Positions 1 through 9,516 of a stretch of 26,142 nt of DNA are shown here, piece after piece. The DNA comes from a virus (Duplodnaviria > Caudoviricetes): positions 1 through 26,142 of IMG/VR virus record IMGVR_UViG_3300032237_000405. One strand, given 5' to 3'. Under the pieces are notes generated by a model. It did no database searches, had not been told where the DNA came from, and saw only the letters and a program-made list of their open reading frames with translations. The first letter of the stretch is position 1. Each line of letters opens with the position of its first letter. Both the position numbers and the translations under genes were made by a program.

Positions 1-2
1 CA

Positions 3-1064
3 AACACTTCATTACTAACATGTCAGAGTTCTACATTTAAAGACAACGGACCAAATAACTTTACAATAACTGTAAATGGTAATGTCACAACTATCTCTGA
101 TCCCAAATATGTTCCATTTACAGTTATAGGAACATCAGCGACACCAACAATGAGAATATCAAACACTACTATAACTGTAAGTAATGTTTTTTCTGAAGTT
201 GTACCTATTGAATATTTGATAATTGGCGGAGGAGGCGCTGGAGGAGGATTTTACTCTGGTGGTGGAGGAGGCGCTGGAGGATATAGAACAGGCACTTTAG
301 GAGTATCTGGAAATACCTATTGTACGGTAACAATAGGCGCGGGTGGTTCTGGAGTAGCAAGTTATACTACAGGAGGACAAGGAAGCAATTCTATTTTCAA
401 AATAAATAATAGTAGTAATTATGGTAATACTACTTCTTCTGGTGGTGGAGGCGGAGGATCTGATAATATCTCATTTGGTGGTGCCCCTGGTGGATCTGGT
501 GGATCTGGTGGTGGCGCTGGATATGATAATCGCAATGGTTTAGGTAATGTACCAAGTGTAATACCATCCCAAGGAAATAATGGGGGTGTTGGTGGAGGTA
601 GTGCTGGTAGTGATAATGGTGGAGGTGGGGGTGGTGGTGCCGGCCAAGCAGGTTCTAGTTATGTGTCGGGCGCGTTAGCCGCGGCAGGAGGAAATGGATT
701 AGCATCTACGATAACTGGATCTTCAGTGTATAGAGCTGGTGGTGGAAGTGGTGCTCTACGCGCCACCGGAGCTACGCCGGCGGCCGGTGGCTTGGGTGGT
801 GGTGGAATCGGAGGATACGTAGACTCCAATGTAGGAACTCCTGTTGCTGGTACAAATGGCACACCAAACACCGGAGGTGGGGGTGGTGGTAACGCTGATG
901 GTGGTACATCTCCCAATGGAGGTTCAGGAGTCGTAATTCTACGGTATCCTTCAATATATACAATATCAAATCCTGATAATGGATTGACTTTATCCACTGT
1001 ACCTGCAGGCACAGATAAAGTAACCACCATAACCAACGGATCAGGTTCAGTTTTCTGGAGTTAA
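3..1064 (+). CDS. Glycine-rich fibre/adhesin-like virion protein, 5'-truncated (continues beyond the left edge)
   Basis: The frame of ORF 150..1064 is open back to position 3 (NTSLLTCQSSTFKDNGPNNFTITVNG...), so ATG150 is probably internal. Repeated GGGGxGG motifs alternate with variable loops, and the C-terminal region has GGSGVVILRY. It lies just upstream of the neck genes. Confidence 0.7.
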   Translation, partial: NTSLLTCQSSTFKDNGPNNFTITVNGNVTTISDPKYVPFTVIGTSATPTMRISNTTITVSNVFSEVVPIEYLIIGGGGAGGGFYSGGGGGAGGYRTGTLGVSGNTYCTVTIGAGGSGVASYTTGGQGSNSIFKINNSSNYGNTTSSGGGGGGSDNISFGGAPGGSGGSGGGAGYDNRNGLGNVPSVIPSQGNNGGVGGGSAGSDNGGGGGGGAGQAGSSYVSGALAAAGGNGLASTITGSSVYRAGGGSGALRATGATPAAGGLGGGGIGGYVDSNVGTPVAGTNGTPNTGGGGGGNADGGTSPNGGSGVVILRYPSIYTISNPDNGLTLSTVPAGTDKVTTITNGSGSVFWS

Positions 1065-1067
1065 AAC

Positions 1068-1493
1068 ATGGCACACTATGCATATTTGGATGAAAATAAT
1101 ATCGTTACAATGGTAATCGTAGGAAAAAATGAAGATGAAGAACCAGGTAATTGGGAAGAATTTTATGGTGCAAAAAGAACATCATATAATACTAAAGGTG
1201 GAATATATTATGAGTCAGTGACAAACCAACCAGCCGAAGACCAAACAAAAGCATTTAGAAAAAACTATGCAGGTATAGGTTACACATATGATGAAAATAG
1301 AGACGCATTTATTCCACCAAAACCGTTTTCTAGTTGGATATTGAATGATTTTTCTTATCTTTGGGAACCTCCTATTCCTAGACCTAAAGATAATAATCAT
1401 TATCTTTGGAATGAAGATACAATTTCTTGGGAAATATTCATTCCTCCTGAAATAAATAGTACAGAAAATCAATCTATTGAAGAGAAAACATAA
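1068..1493 (+). CDS. Phage hypothetical protein, possible fibre-associated chaperone
   Basis: 141 aa (MAHYAYLDENNIV...RKNYAGIGYTYD...DAFIPPKPFSSW...YLWNED) starting 3 nt after the glycine-rich gene. I recall this type following glycine-rich genes in environmental phages; function is inferred from position only. Confidence 0.6.
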   Translation: MAHYAYLDENNIVTMVIVGKNEDEEPGNWEEFYGAKRTSYNTKGGIYYESVTNQPAEDQTKAFRKNYAGIGYTYDENRDAFIPPKPFSSWILNDFSYLWEPPIPRPKDNNHYLWNEDTISWEIFIPPEINSTENQSIEEKT

Positions 1494-2195
1494 ATGGCAC
1501 TATTACAGTCTGGCACAAGAATATATGGAAACGTAACAATTGATACTACTGCAACTATTGGTGCAGGAACAGTAAACTCGGCACCGTTAATACTCACAAC
1601 AGGAACAAACTTAACTTCTGTGGCAGCAGGTGCAGTAGAATATGACGGAGTTAATTTTTACATTACTCCTACGATTGGTACATCCGAACAAAGAGGTGTT
1701 ATTCCGGCAACGCAACAGTTTGTTCTGTCTACTTTCGGGACTGCATTTGGTGCTACTGTTGGTAACTTCTTTGGAACTACCAGCGCCATTCAACTTGCAG
1801 CATCAACAACATACTCCATTGAAGCATATTGTCGATTCTCTAAGACTACTGCTGGTACTGCTACTTGGGCACCAACTTTTTCTTCTGCACCAACACACTG
1901 CCATGCAACTATAGAATATACCCCAGTTACAGGTTACACCACATCAGTCATTACTGGTGCGATGGTGGTTGGCGAAGCAACTGCAAACTCAACAGCAACT
2001 ATGACTTTTGCGGCAACCGCTTCATTAACAACTGCTGTTAGTCATCTTGCAAAGTTTAGAATATTTGTTGTGACTAACGCCGCCACAGATTTACGTTTTA
2101 ATGTCACACAAAGCGCGGGCACCATGACGCCTCAGCCAGGTAGTTTTTACACAGTCAGAAAAGTATCAACAAATGCTGGAAACTTTGTTGCTTAG
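1494..2195 (+). CDS. Putative virion structural/fibre protein (Thr/Ala-rich, beta-rich)
   Basis: 233 aa abutting the previous stop codon. Composition is very T/A/G-rich with few charged residues, typical of fibre or decoration proteins. Confidence 0.5.
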   Translation: MALLQSGTRIYGNVTIDTTATIGAGTVNSAPLILTTGTNLTSVAAGAVEYDGVNFYITPTIGTSEQRGVIPATQQFVLSTFGTAFGATVGNFFGTTSAIQLAASTTYSIEAYCRFSKTTAGTATWAPTFSSAPTHCHATIEYTPVTGYTTSVITGAMVVGEATANSTATMTFAATASLTTAVSHLAKFRIFVVTNAATDLRFNVTQSAGTMTPQPGSFYTVRKVSTNAGNFVA

Positions 2196-2216
2196 TATAA
2201 CGACAATAACTAATTA

Positions 2217-2224
2217 AATAAATA
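2217..2224 (+). promoter_or_regulatory. T4-like late promoter (AATAAATA) for the gp13 operon
   Basis: 7/8 match to TATAAATA in the intergenic gap, ending 28 nt before the gp13 ATG. Confidence 0.6.
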
Positions 2225-2252
2225 TTATGATGTATAATCATAAAGGCAAACC

Positions 2253-3032
2253 ATGGCAGCCATTTCATCAAGAGAAGATTTTAAAAATTATTGCCTACGC
2301 CGTTTAGGATTTCCAGTAATCGATATAAACGTTGATGATGACCAGATAGAAGATAGAATAGACGATGCCTTGCAATATTGGCAAGATTATCATTTCGATG
2401 GTCTACAAAAAGTTTATTATATTAAGATATTAGATAATGCCGATATAGCAAATCGTTATATCAATATGGATCCTTCGGTCACAAAAGACTACGGAAACAA
2501 TTCAATAGATATTGTAGGCGTAACTCGTATATTCCCAGTACAAGATTCTCAAGCATCAGTCAATATGTTTGACTTGAGATATCAATTGCGTCTAAATGAA
2601 TTGTATGATTTCACTTCTGCATCGTATATCAACTACACATTAACTCAGCAACATTTGCGTTCACTAGAAATTATGTTTAGTGGTGAAGTGCCTATTCGAT
2701 TTCAAAGACATATGCATAGACTATACATCGATTGGAATTGGGGTACGCAAGAAGCACCAGCAGGTACCGTAGTTGTTGCAGAATGTTATGCTTTAATTAA
2801 TCCTGATGTCTATACTGGTGTTTGGGATGACCGTTGGTTAAAAGAATATGCGACAGCACTAATCAAAAGAACATGGGGTTCAAACATGAAGAAGTTTGGT
2901 GGAGTTCAACTTCTCGGTGGTGTTACTCTAAATGGTACCGAAACATATCAAGAAGCAGTAGATGAAATTGAAAGACTAGAGAAAGAAATGGAAAACAATT
3001 ACGGCGCACCACTAGAATTCTTCATGAACTAA
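2253..3032 (+). CDS. gp13: Neck protein gp13
   Basis: N-terminal YCLRRLGFPVIDINVDDDQIEDRIDDALQYWQDYHFDG and C-terminal WLKEYATALIK..WG.NMKKF..V.L.GGVTLNG; first gene of the 13-14-15-16-17 block. Confidence 0.93.
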   Translation: MAAISSREDFKNYCLRRLGFPVIDINVDDDQIEDRIDDALQYWQDYHFDGLQKVYYIKILDNADIANRYINMDPSVTKDYGNNSIDIVGVTRIFPVQDSQASVNMFDLRYQLRLNELYDFTSASYINYTLTQQHLRSLEIMFSGEVPIRFQRHMHRLYIDWNWGTQEAPAGTVVVAECYALINPDVYTGVWDDRWLKEYATALIKRTWGSNMKKFGGVQLLGGVTLNGTETYQEAVDEIERLEKEMENNYGAPLEFFMN

Positions 3033-3033
3033 T

Positions 3034-3918
3034 ATGCCACCATTAAATCACTATTTCAATAACTACAATGCTAGATATAATGAACAACGTCTAGTAGAAG
3101 ATTTAATTGTTGAGTCTATTAAAATAATGGGCACAGATTCATATTATTTACCAAACATTAATGACTCCGCAAGAGACTTAATTTATGGTGAGGATCCATT
3201 AAAAACTTTTACTACTGCATATCCAATTGAAATCTATCCAAACAACGTTAATGAATATGGTGGAGAAAAAGAGTTCTTTAGTAAATTTGGATTAGAGATT
3301 CGTAACACATTGACGATTGTTCTGTCGAAGAGAACTTTTCTACAAAGAGTGTCGAACGGAACAACAATCACAAGACCACGTGAAGGCGATTTGATTTATA
3401 TTCCTGTGATGAATGGTCTTGGTGAATTGTATGAAATTAAATTCGTCAATCAAAATAAAGATATGACGATGTTAGGTCGCCAAGTTCCATATTTCTATGA
3501 ACTTGAATTAGAGAAATTCAAGTATTCTCACGAAGAAATTACAACAGGTATACCAGATATAGATATCATACAGACACAAGAAGCATATGCAGAACGTTAT
3601 ACAATCACTTCAGCCAACGGAACATTTGCTGTTGATGATGTTGTATTTCAAGGACCAGACAGAACATACGCAAATGCAACAGCAACAGCAGTTGTTGCGT
3701 CATACAATTCAGTTAATCGTACCCTCGACCTCGACCAGATTAATGGAACAATATCAACCGGAACGATACTATACAGCAATACCGCAAATGCAATCCTTGT
3801 ATCTACTGATGAATTCCTTGAAGCACAGGCCCATGCAAACTACGATAACAAGGTCATCAATACAGAAGCACAAGATTACATAGATACTTCAGAAACTAAT
3901 TCATTGGGTGGTATTTAA
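3034..3918 (+). CDS. gp14: Neck protein gp14
   Basis: EQRLVEDLIVESIKIMG, FSKFGLEIR and RPREGDLIY motifs; synteny. Confidence 0.92.
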   Translation: MPPLNHYFNNYNARYNEQRLVEDLIVESIKIMGTDSYYLPNINDSARDLIYGEDPLKTFTTAYPIEIYPNNVNEYGGEKEFFSKFGLEIRNTLTIVLSKRTFLQRVSNGTTITRPREGDLIYIPVMNGLGELYEIKFVNQNKDMTMLGRQVPYFYELELEKFKYSHEEITTGIPDIDIIQTQEAYAERYTITSANGTFAVDDVVFQGPDRTYANATATAVVASYNSVNRTLDLDQINGTISTGTILYSNTANAILVSTDEFLEAQAHANYDNKVINTEAQDYIDTSETNSLGGI

Positions 3919-4910
3919 TGGCAAACAACAAATATCATCACATAATAAGAAAATTAATTGTTGGATTTGGAAGTATATTTGATAATCTGACTCTGACAAG
4001 ATACAATTCTGACGAAGAAGAAGAACAGGCAATAAAAGTTCCTATCACATATGCACCAAAAGAAAAGTATGTTAATCGTCTTTTAGGTGACCCTAACCTA
4101 GACAAAAAAGTACAAATCACACTACCTCGACTATCTTACGATTTGACAAATATGTACTATGATGCGTCAAGAAAACAGGTGTCGGGAGTTAAAAATATTG
4201 CGGCATCATCTAGTGGTTTGACTGCATACTCACAATATAATCCAGTTCCATATAATTTTGATTTTGAATTATATTTGTATGTCAGAAACTTAGAAGATGG
4301 TGACCAATTAATTGAATACATATTACCATATTTTACTCCAAGTTATACAATTAAACTTAATTTGATTCCTACAATGGGAATCGTTAAAGAAGTTCCAGTC
4401 ACACTAAATTCAGTAGATACCGATGTCGAATTTGAAGGTGAAAGAGATTCAGATACAAGAGTTATTATTTGGACATTAAAGTTTACAGTAAAATCGTATC
4501 TATATGGTGCAATTAGTGAGTCTTCTGTAATTAAACAATCAATTGTTAATATAAAAAATCTTTCTAATATTGGTGCAAAAGATACAATCTCATTGAATGT
4601 CAGTTCAACGGGAACAGGAACATACAAAATAGGTGAAGAAGTATTCCAAGGTTATTCTTTTGGTATGGCGTCTGGAAAAGCAGAAGTCGTAAGTTACAGT
4701 AATGTTACAAATATATTAAAAGTAACAAATCTTCAAGGTGATTTAAAAACTAATACATATCTATATGGAGTTACAACTGGAACAGAAAGAACACTGATAA
4801 ATGTTCTTGGTGCAAATTCAAGAATGGCATCAATAAATGTTGCAGTTATACCAAAAAATGCACTAGCAAATTCAAATTATAAAATTAAGACTACGATAAC
4901 GGAATATTGA
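3918..4910 (+). CDS. gp15: Tail sheath stabiliser/terminator gp15
   Basis: IRKLIVGFGSIFDN, KVPITYAPKEKY, LPRLSY, PVPYNFDFEL and EYILPYFTP motifs; 1-nt overlap (TAATG) with gp14. Confidence 0.92.
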   Translation: MANNKYHHIIRKLIVGFGSIFDNLTLTRYNSDEEEEQAIKVPITYAPKEKYVNRLLGDPNLDKKVQITLPRLSYDLTNMYYDASRKQVSGVKNIAASSSGLTAYSQYNPVPYNFDFELYLYVRNLEDGDQLIEYILPYFTPSYTIKLNLIPTMGIVKEVPVTLNSVDTDVEFEGERDSDTRVIIWTLKFTVKSYLYGAISESSVIKQSIVNIKNLSNIGAKDTISLNVSSTGTGTYKIGEEVFQGYSFGMASGKAEVVSYSNVTNILKVTNLQGDLKTNTYLYGVTTGTERTLINVLGANSRMASINVAVIPKNALANSNYKIKTTITEY

Positions 4911-4911
4911 T

Positions 4912-5325
4912 ATGACTAAGTTTGAGAAAAGTATGGAGCAAATATTTGATGTTGCTCCAGTTGAAGTTATTGAAAAAGAAGCCTTGCCTGCTGTAATCGA
5001 AAAAGAAAATACAGAGTTAGATGAAGACCTTAAAGCAGATTATGAAACAGTAAGAAATAACTACGAAGAAATCATCGAAAAAGGTAAAGATGCAATCGAT
5101 GATATTCTTGAAATCGCAAGAGAATCTGAACATCCTCGTGCTTTTGAAGTTGCGGCAACTATGATTAAAAATGTAACTGAAGCAAATGAAAAATTAATTC
5201 TGCTACAAAAACAAATGCGTGATATGAAGAAAGGTCAAAAAGAAACAAGTAAGACTACAATCGACAAGGCTATCTTTGTAGGTTCAACTGCTGAACTATC
5301 TAAATTATTAAAAGGTAAAGAGTGA
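4912..5325 (+). CDS. gp16: Terminase small subunit gp16
   Basis: DYETVRNN, ESEHPRAFEV and FVGSTAEL motifs; directly upstream of the large terminase. Confidence 0.92.
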   Translation: MTKFEKSMEQIFDVAPVEVIEKEALPAVIEKENTELDEDLKADYETVRNNYEEIIEKGKDAIDDILEIARESEHPRAFEVAATMIKNVTEANEKLILLQKQMRDMKKGQKETSKTTIDKAIFVGSTAELSKLLKGKE

Positions 5326-7001
5326 CAATTAAAGAATCCTATCGTGATAATCCACTCCTAAAAAGGGCAGGAGTACAAGTCGAGTATACACAGGAGCAAG
5401 TACAAGAATACATCAAGTGTTCTAAGGATCCTATTTACTTTGCTGAAAATTATATAAAGATTGTCAACGTCGATGAAGGTCTAATGCCTTTTAGAATGTG
5501 GGACTTTCAACGTGATATGATTAAAACGTATCATGAAAATAGATTCTCAATTACAAAGTGTCCTCGTCAGGTTGGTAAAACAACTACAACAATATCATAT
5601 ATTCTTTGGTTGACTCTTTTTACAGACTCTCAAAGTGTTGCCATTCTTGCAAACAAAGGACAATTGGCAAGAGACATTCTTGGTAAATATCAACTCGCAT
5701 ATGAGAATCTTCCAATATGGATGCAGCAGGGCGTCATTACTTGGAACAAAGGTAACATAGAACTTGAGAATGGTTCTAAGATAGTCGCAGCAGCAACATC
5801 GTCATCAGCAGTTCGTGGTGGTTCTTTTAATCTTGTGTTCCTTGACGAATTTGCTTTCGTTCCAAATAGTATCGCACACGAATTCTTTAACTCAGTCTAT
5901 CCTGTTATATCATCAGGCAAATCAACAAAGATTATTATTGTATCTACGCCAAATGGATTAAATCTATTCTACAAATTGTGGATGGATGCAATCAACAATA
6001 AAAATAATTATGCAACATTTGAAATTCACTGGTCAATGGTACCAGGTAGAGATGACAAGTGGCGAGAAGAAACAATACGCAACACTTCAGAAAGACAATT
6101 CTCACAAGAATTTGAGTGTGAGTTTTTAGGTTCTGCCGACACGTTAATATCAGGACAAAAACTCCAATCTTTTTCGTACAATGACCCAATAGAAAGAAGA
6201 AAGATTGCAGGAGATAATATTCTTGATATCTACGAACACCCAATAAAAGGTGACGAAGATAAAACATTAGACCACATATATGCTATGTGTGTTGACGTTG
6301 CAGAAGGAAAAAATCAAGATAGTTCTGCATTTTCAGTATTTGATATATCAACTATACCATATAAACAAGTTGCAAAATATGCAGACTCATTAATATCACC
6401 CATATTGTTTCCTACAGTTATTTACAATACAGCAAAATATTATAATGATGCATATGTATTGGTTGAAGTCAATAATACTCCGCAAGTTGCCGACATATTA
6501 CATTCAGATTTAGAATATGAGAATCTATTGAAAGTCCAAACTGGAAATAAAAAAGCACAACAAATCTCTGCTGGATTTGGACGCGGAATACAGATGGGTG
6601 TTAAAATGTCTCCTATGGTAAAACGCATAGGTTGTTACAATCTTAAAACTCTAATTGAATCAAATAAACTTTTGACAAATGACTTTGATACTATATCGGA
6701 GTTATCATCATTTATTTCAGATGGTTCGTCATGGTCAGCAGAAGAAGGTAAGACAGACGATTTGGTGATGACATTTGTTTTATTTTCTTGGTTAGCAACA
6801 CAAAAGTATTTCAAAGATTTAGTCAATCATGATTTAAGAAAACAACTACAACTTGAAAAGATGAACCAAATTGATGACGAAATGATACCCGCACCAATTA
6901 TTGATGATGGTCTAGACGTTCCGTTCGTATTGGATAATGGTGATGTTTGGGTACAAGGTAATCCAAATGATGTATTTGCAAATTATTTTAAAGTTAGATG
7001 A
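5322..7001 (+). CDS. gp17: Terminase large subunit gp17 (GTG start, GTGA overlap)
   Basis: Walker A PRQVGKTT, Walker B LVFLDEFAF, coupling motif STP, nuclease acidic motifs CVDVAEG and DDLVM. Confidence 0.97.
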   Translation: MTIKESYRDNPLLKRAGVQVEYTQEQVQEYIKCSKDPIYFAENYIKIVNVDEGLMPFRMWDFQRDMIKTYHENRFSITKCPRQVGKTTTTISYILWLTLFTDSQSVAILANKGQLARDILGKYQLAYENLPIWMQQGVITWNKGNIELENGSKIVAAATSSSAVRGGSFNLVFLDEFAFVPNSIAHEFFNSVYPVISSGKSTKIIIVSTPNGLNLFYKLWMDAINNKNNYATFEIHWSMVPGRDDKWREETIRNTSERQFSQEFECEFLGSADTLISGQKLQSFSYNDPIERRKIAGDNILDIYEHPIKGDEDKTLDHIYAMCVDVAEGKNQDSSAFSVFDISTIPYKQVAKYADSLISPILFPTVIYNTAKYYNDAYVLVEVNNTPQVADILHSDLEYENLLKVQTGNKKAQQISAGFGRGIQMGVKMSPMVKRIGCYNLKTLIESNKLLTNDFDTISELSSFISDGSSWSAEEGKTDDLVMTFVLFSWLATQKYFKDLVNHDLRKQLQLEKMNQIDDEMIPAPIIDDGLDVPFVLDNGDVWVQGNPNDVFANYFKVR

Positions 7002-7013
7002 GAAATTCGTTTT

Positions 7014-7021
7014 TCTAAATA
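7014..7021 (+). promoter_or_regulatory. Late promoter variant (TCTAAATA) for gp18
   Basis: 7/8 match to TATAAATA in the gp17-gp18 gap; the same variant recurs before gp19. Confidence 0.6.
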
Positions 7022-7073
7022 AAGAGTATAGTCTTTTATACTGGCCAAAATATAATATCACAAGGAGAAAAAG

Positions 7074-8873
7074 ATGGCGATTCAGTTATCTCCAGGCGTA
7101 AGTGTAGCAGAAGTAGATTTAACTACAGTTGTTCCTTCAGTAAGTTCATCAACTGGTGCTTTTGCTGGTAGATTCCCGTGGGGTCCGGCAGACGTAATTA
7201 AAGTAATTGATAGCGAAATCACTCTTGTTTCAACATTTGCTCCTTTAGGTCCAAACTCAAACACAGCAACCAATTTCTTCACATGTGCTAGTTTCTTAGC
7301 ATATGGTAACGATTTACGCACTGTGCGCGTAGTGAGTTCAACCACATATAACGCAGATGCAAATACAACAAACACCGTTCAAATAAAGAACGAAGATTCG
7401 TATTTTAATAGATTCTATAATCAAAATAACGGAAATGCATATGGTGCATTTGTCGGAAGATATCCCGGTTCTCTAGGAAATTCATTGCAGGTTGATGTGT
7501 TTGATAGTTCAAACACAGCGCTCTTTGCAAACGCGACAATCTCTTGGACTGCTGCAAATACATCTCAATCATGGAGAGGTGTTGTGTCTTCAGCACCAGG
7601 AACATCAACATATGCCTCCGGTCAAGGTGGAGCAAATGATGAATTCCACATTGTAGTTTCCGATGTCAATGGATTATTTACAGGTACCAGAGGAACTGTT
7701 CTAGAAGTATTTCCATATGTATCTAAGGCAGTTGATGCCGTGGACGGTAACGGTGGTTCAACATATTATAAGACTGTTGTGTTTAATGGTTCAAAATATA
7801 TCTACGCAATGGATCCAGCAGATTATGCAAATACAAGTGCTACTTGGGGTCTAACTGCTGCAAATACAAACTTTGCAAGAATTTCAACTGCCACATATGC
7901 AAATGGTAGTATTTCAGTTTCCTTAAGTGGTGGTACTGACGTTGCTGTAACAACAGGAAATATTCAATCTGGATATGACCTATTTAACAACAAAGATTCC
8001 GTCGATGTTTCTCTAGTTCTAACTGGTGATACAGGATTCTCAGACACAGCAAATACAGTAACAATGCAACAATATGTTATTGATAATATTTGTACATCTG
8101 CTGGAAGTTTAACTGGTCGCTCTGGTGATGCTATGGTATTCCTATCACCACCATCATCAGCAGTTGTTAACAATGCTGGAAGTGAAACAACATCGATCCA
8201 ATCATGGTTAAATTCTCTTGCTCGTTCGTCGTCATATGCTGTAGTAGATAGTGGATGGAAATACATGTACGACAAGTACAATAGCGTATATCGTTGGGTT
8301 CCTCTAAATGGTGACATTGCTGGTCTGTGCGTATATACAGATGCAGTAAGAGATCCATGGTGGTCACCAGCAGGATTCAACAGAGGCGCAATCAAAAATG
8401 CAGTTAAACTTGCATGGAATCCAAATCAGACAGCAAGAGATATTCTATATCCATTAGGTGTTAATCCAGTAGTTACCTTCCCAGGAAATGGAACAGTTCT
8501 TTATGGTGACAAAACTCTACAAACAAAACCATCTGCGTTCGACAGAATCAACGTTCGTAGATTGTTCGTTGTTCTAGAAAAGTCAATTTCACTAGCAGCA
8601 AAGTATTCACTATTCGAATTCAATGATGCATTCACTCGCGCTCAGTTTGTTGCTCTAGTAACACCATTCTTGCGTGATGTTCAGGGTCGCCGCGGCATCT
8701 ATGATTTCCGTGTTGTTTGCGATGAAACCAACAACACACAACAAGTCATAGACAGCAATCAATTTGTTGGGGACATTTACATCAAACCTGCTCGTTCTAT
8801 CAACTTTATCAAGTTGAACTTCATTGCAGTTGGAACTGGTGTCAGTTTCTCTGAAGTAACCGGTGCTATCTAA
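7074..8873 (+). CDS. gp18: Tail sheath protein gp18
   Basis: SPGVSVAEVDLT N-terminus, PWWSPAGFNRG, SAFDRINVRRLF and IYIKPARSINFI motifs; AAGGAG SD. Confidence 0.97.
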   Translation: MAIQLSPGVSVAEVDLTTVVPSVSSSTGAFAGRFPWGPADVIKVIDSEITLVSTFAPLGPNSNTATNFFTCASFLAYGNDLRTVRVVSSTTYNADANTTNTVQIKNEDSYFNRFYNQNNGNAYGAFVGRYPGSLGNSLQVDVFDSSNTALFANATISWTAANTSQSWRGVVSSAPGTSTYASGQGGANDEFHIVVSDVNGLFTGTRGTVLEVFPYVSKAVDAVDGNGGSTYYKTVVFNGSKYIYAMDPADYANTSATWGLTAANTNFARISTATYANGSISVSLSGGTDVAVTTGNIQSGYDLFNNKDSVDVSLVLTGDTGFSDTANTVTMQQYVIDNICTSAGSLTGRSGDAMVFLSPPSSAVVNNAGSETTSIQSWLNSLARSSSYAVVDSGWKYMYDKYNSVYRWVPLNGDIAGLCVYTDAVRDPWWSPAGFNRGAIKNAVKLAWNPNQTARDILYPLGVNPVVTFPGNGTVLYGDKTLQTKPSAFDRINVRRLFVVLEKSISLAAKYSLFEFNDAFTRAQFVALVTPFLRDVQGRRGIYDFRVVCDETNNTQQVIDSNQFVGDIYIKPARSINFIKLNFIAVGTGVSFSEVTGAI

Positions 8874-8876
8874 ATA
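8869..8876 (+). promoter_or_regulatory. Late promoter variant (TCTAAATA) for gp19, overlapping the gp18 stop
   Basis: The TAA stop at 8871-8873 is embedded in the motif, which ends 24 nt before the gp19 start. Confidence 0.6.
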
Positions 8877-8900
8877 CAATAAAGGAACAAGGAGAACAGA

Positions 8901-9443
8901 ATGGCATTCAATGTAGCAGAATTTAGAGCGAATATGTTAGGGGACGGTGCCCGTCCTAATCTGTTCGCCGTAACTCTAGTGTTTCCAACATTCGTGACAG
9001 GTGGTTCTGTTGCTGGTACCAAGACAACATTTTTAGCAAAAGCAGCACAACTACCAGGTTCTTCTATTGCCGCAGTACCAATGTATTACTTTGGTCGTGA
9101 ACTAAAGTTTGCAGGCAATAGAAGTTTCGGTGATTGGACATTAACAGTCATTAATGATGAAGACTTTAGTATCAGAAATGCACTTGAAAATTGGTCAAAC
9201 AATATTAACAGCCACGTTACTAACGTAAGAAGTGGTAATGCTAATAGTCCAAACCAGTATAGTGTTGATGCTACTGTCCAGCAATATGGTAAGGCAGGAA
9301 ACATCATTAAGACTTATAAGTTTGTTGGAATGTTCCCCGTTGATATTGCACCAATCGAACTAGATTGGGGTTCAAATGATAGCATTGAAGAATACAGTGC
9401 TACATTTGCATATCAATGGTGGGAAGCAGATACTACTACCTAA
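8901..9443 (+). CDS. gp19: Tail tube protein gp19
   Basis: GARPNLF, GRELKFAGNRSFGDWTLTVINDEDF and IEEYSATFAYQWW motifs; follows the sheath gene. Confidence 0.96.
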   Translation: MAFNVAEFRANMLGDGARPNLFAVTLVFPTFVTGGSVAGTKTTFLAKAAQLPGSSIAAVPMYYFGRELKFAGNRSFGDWTLTVINDEDFSIRNALENWSNNINSHVTNVRSGNANSPNQYSVDATVQQYGKAGNIIKTYKFVGMFPVDIAPIELDWGSNDSIEEYSATFAYQWWEADTTT

Positions 9444-9464
9444 TTTGGTATTAATATTATTAGA

Positions 9465-9491
9465 GGGGAGACCTACGGGTTTCCCCATTTT
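9465..9491 (+). terminator. Rho-independent terminator after gp19
   Basis: Stem GGGGAGACC / GGTTTCCCC (one G-U pair) closed by a C(UACG)G UNCG tetraloop, followed by ATTTT. Confidence 0.8.
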
Positions 9492-9516
9492 GAATACATA
9501 ATGTAGGAGAATAACC

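Noticed and set aside
220-930. GGTGGT/GGAGGA repeats as a CRISPR array, tandem repeat or DGR target
   Set aside because: They are glycine codons. There is no repeat-spacer periodicity, no template/variable repeat pair and no reverse transcriptase in the window.
2233-2238. TATAAT upstream of gp13
   Set aside because: No -35 or properly spaced TGn; the late promoter at 2217-2224 explains the region.
7025-7042. Small hairpin AGTATAG-TCTT-TTATACT in the gp18 leader
   Set aside because: AT-rich and weak with no U-tract; it cannot be distinguished from chance.
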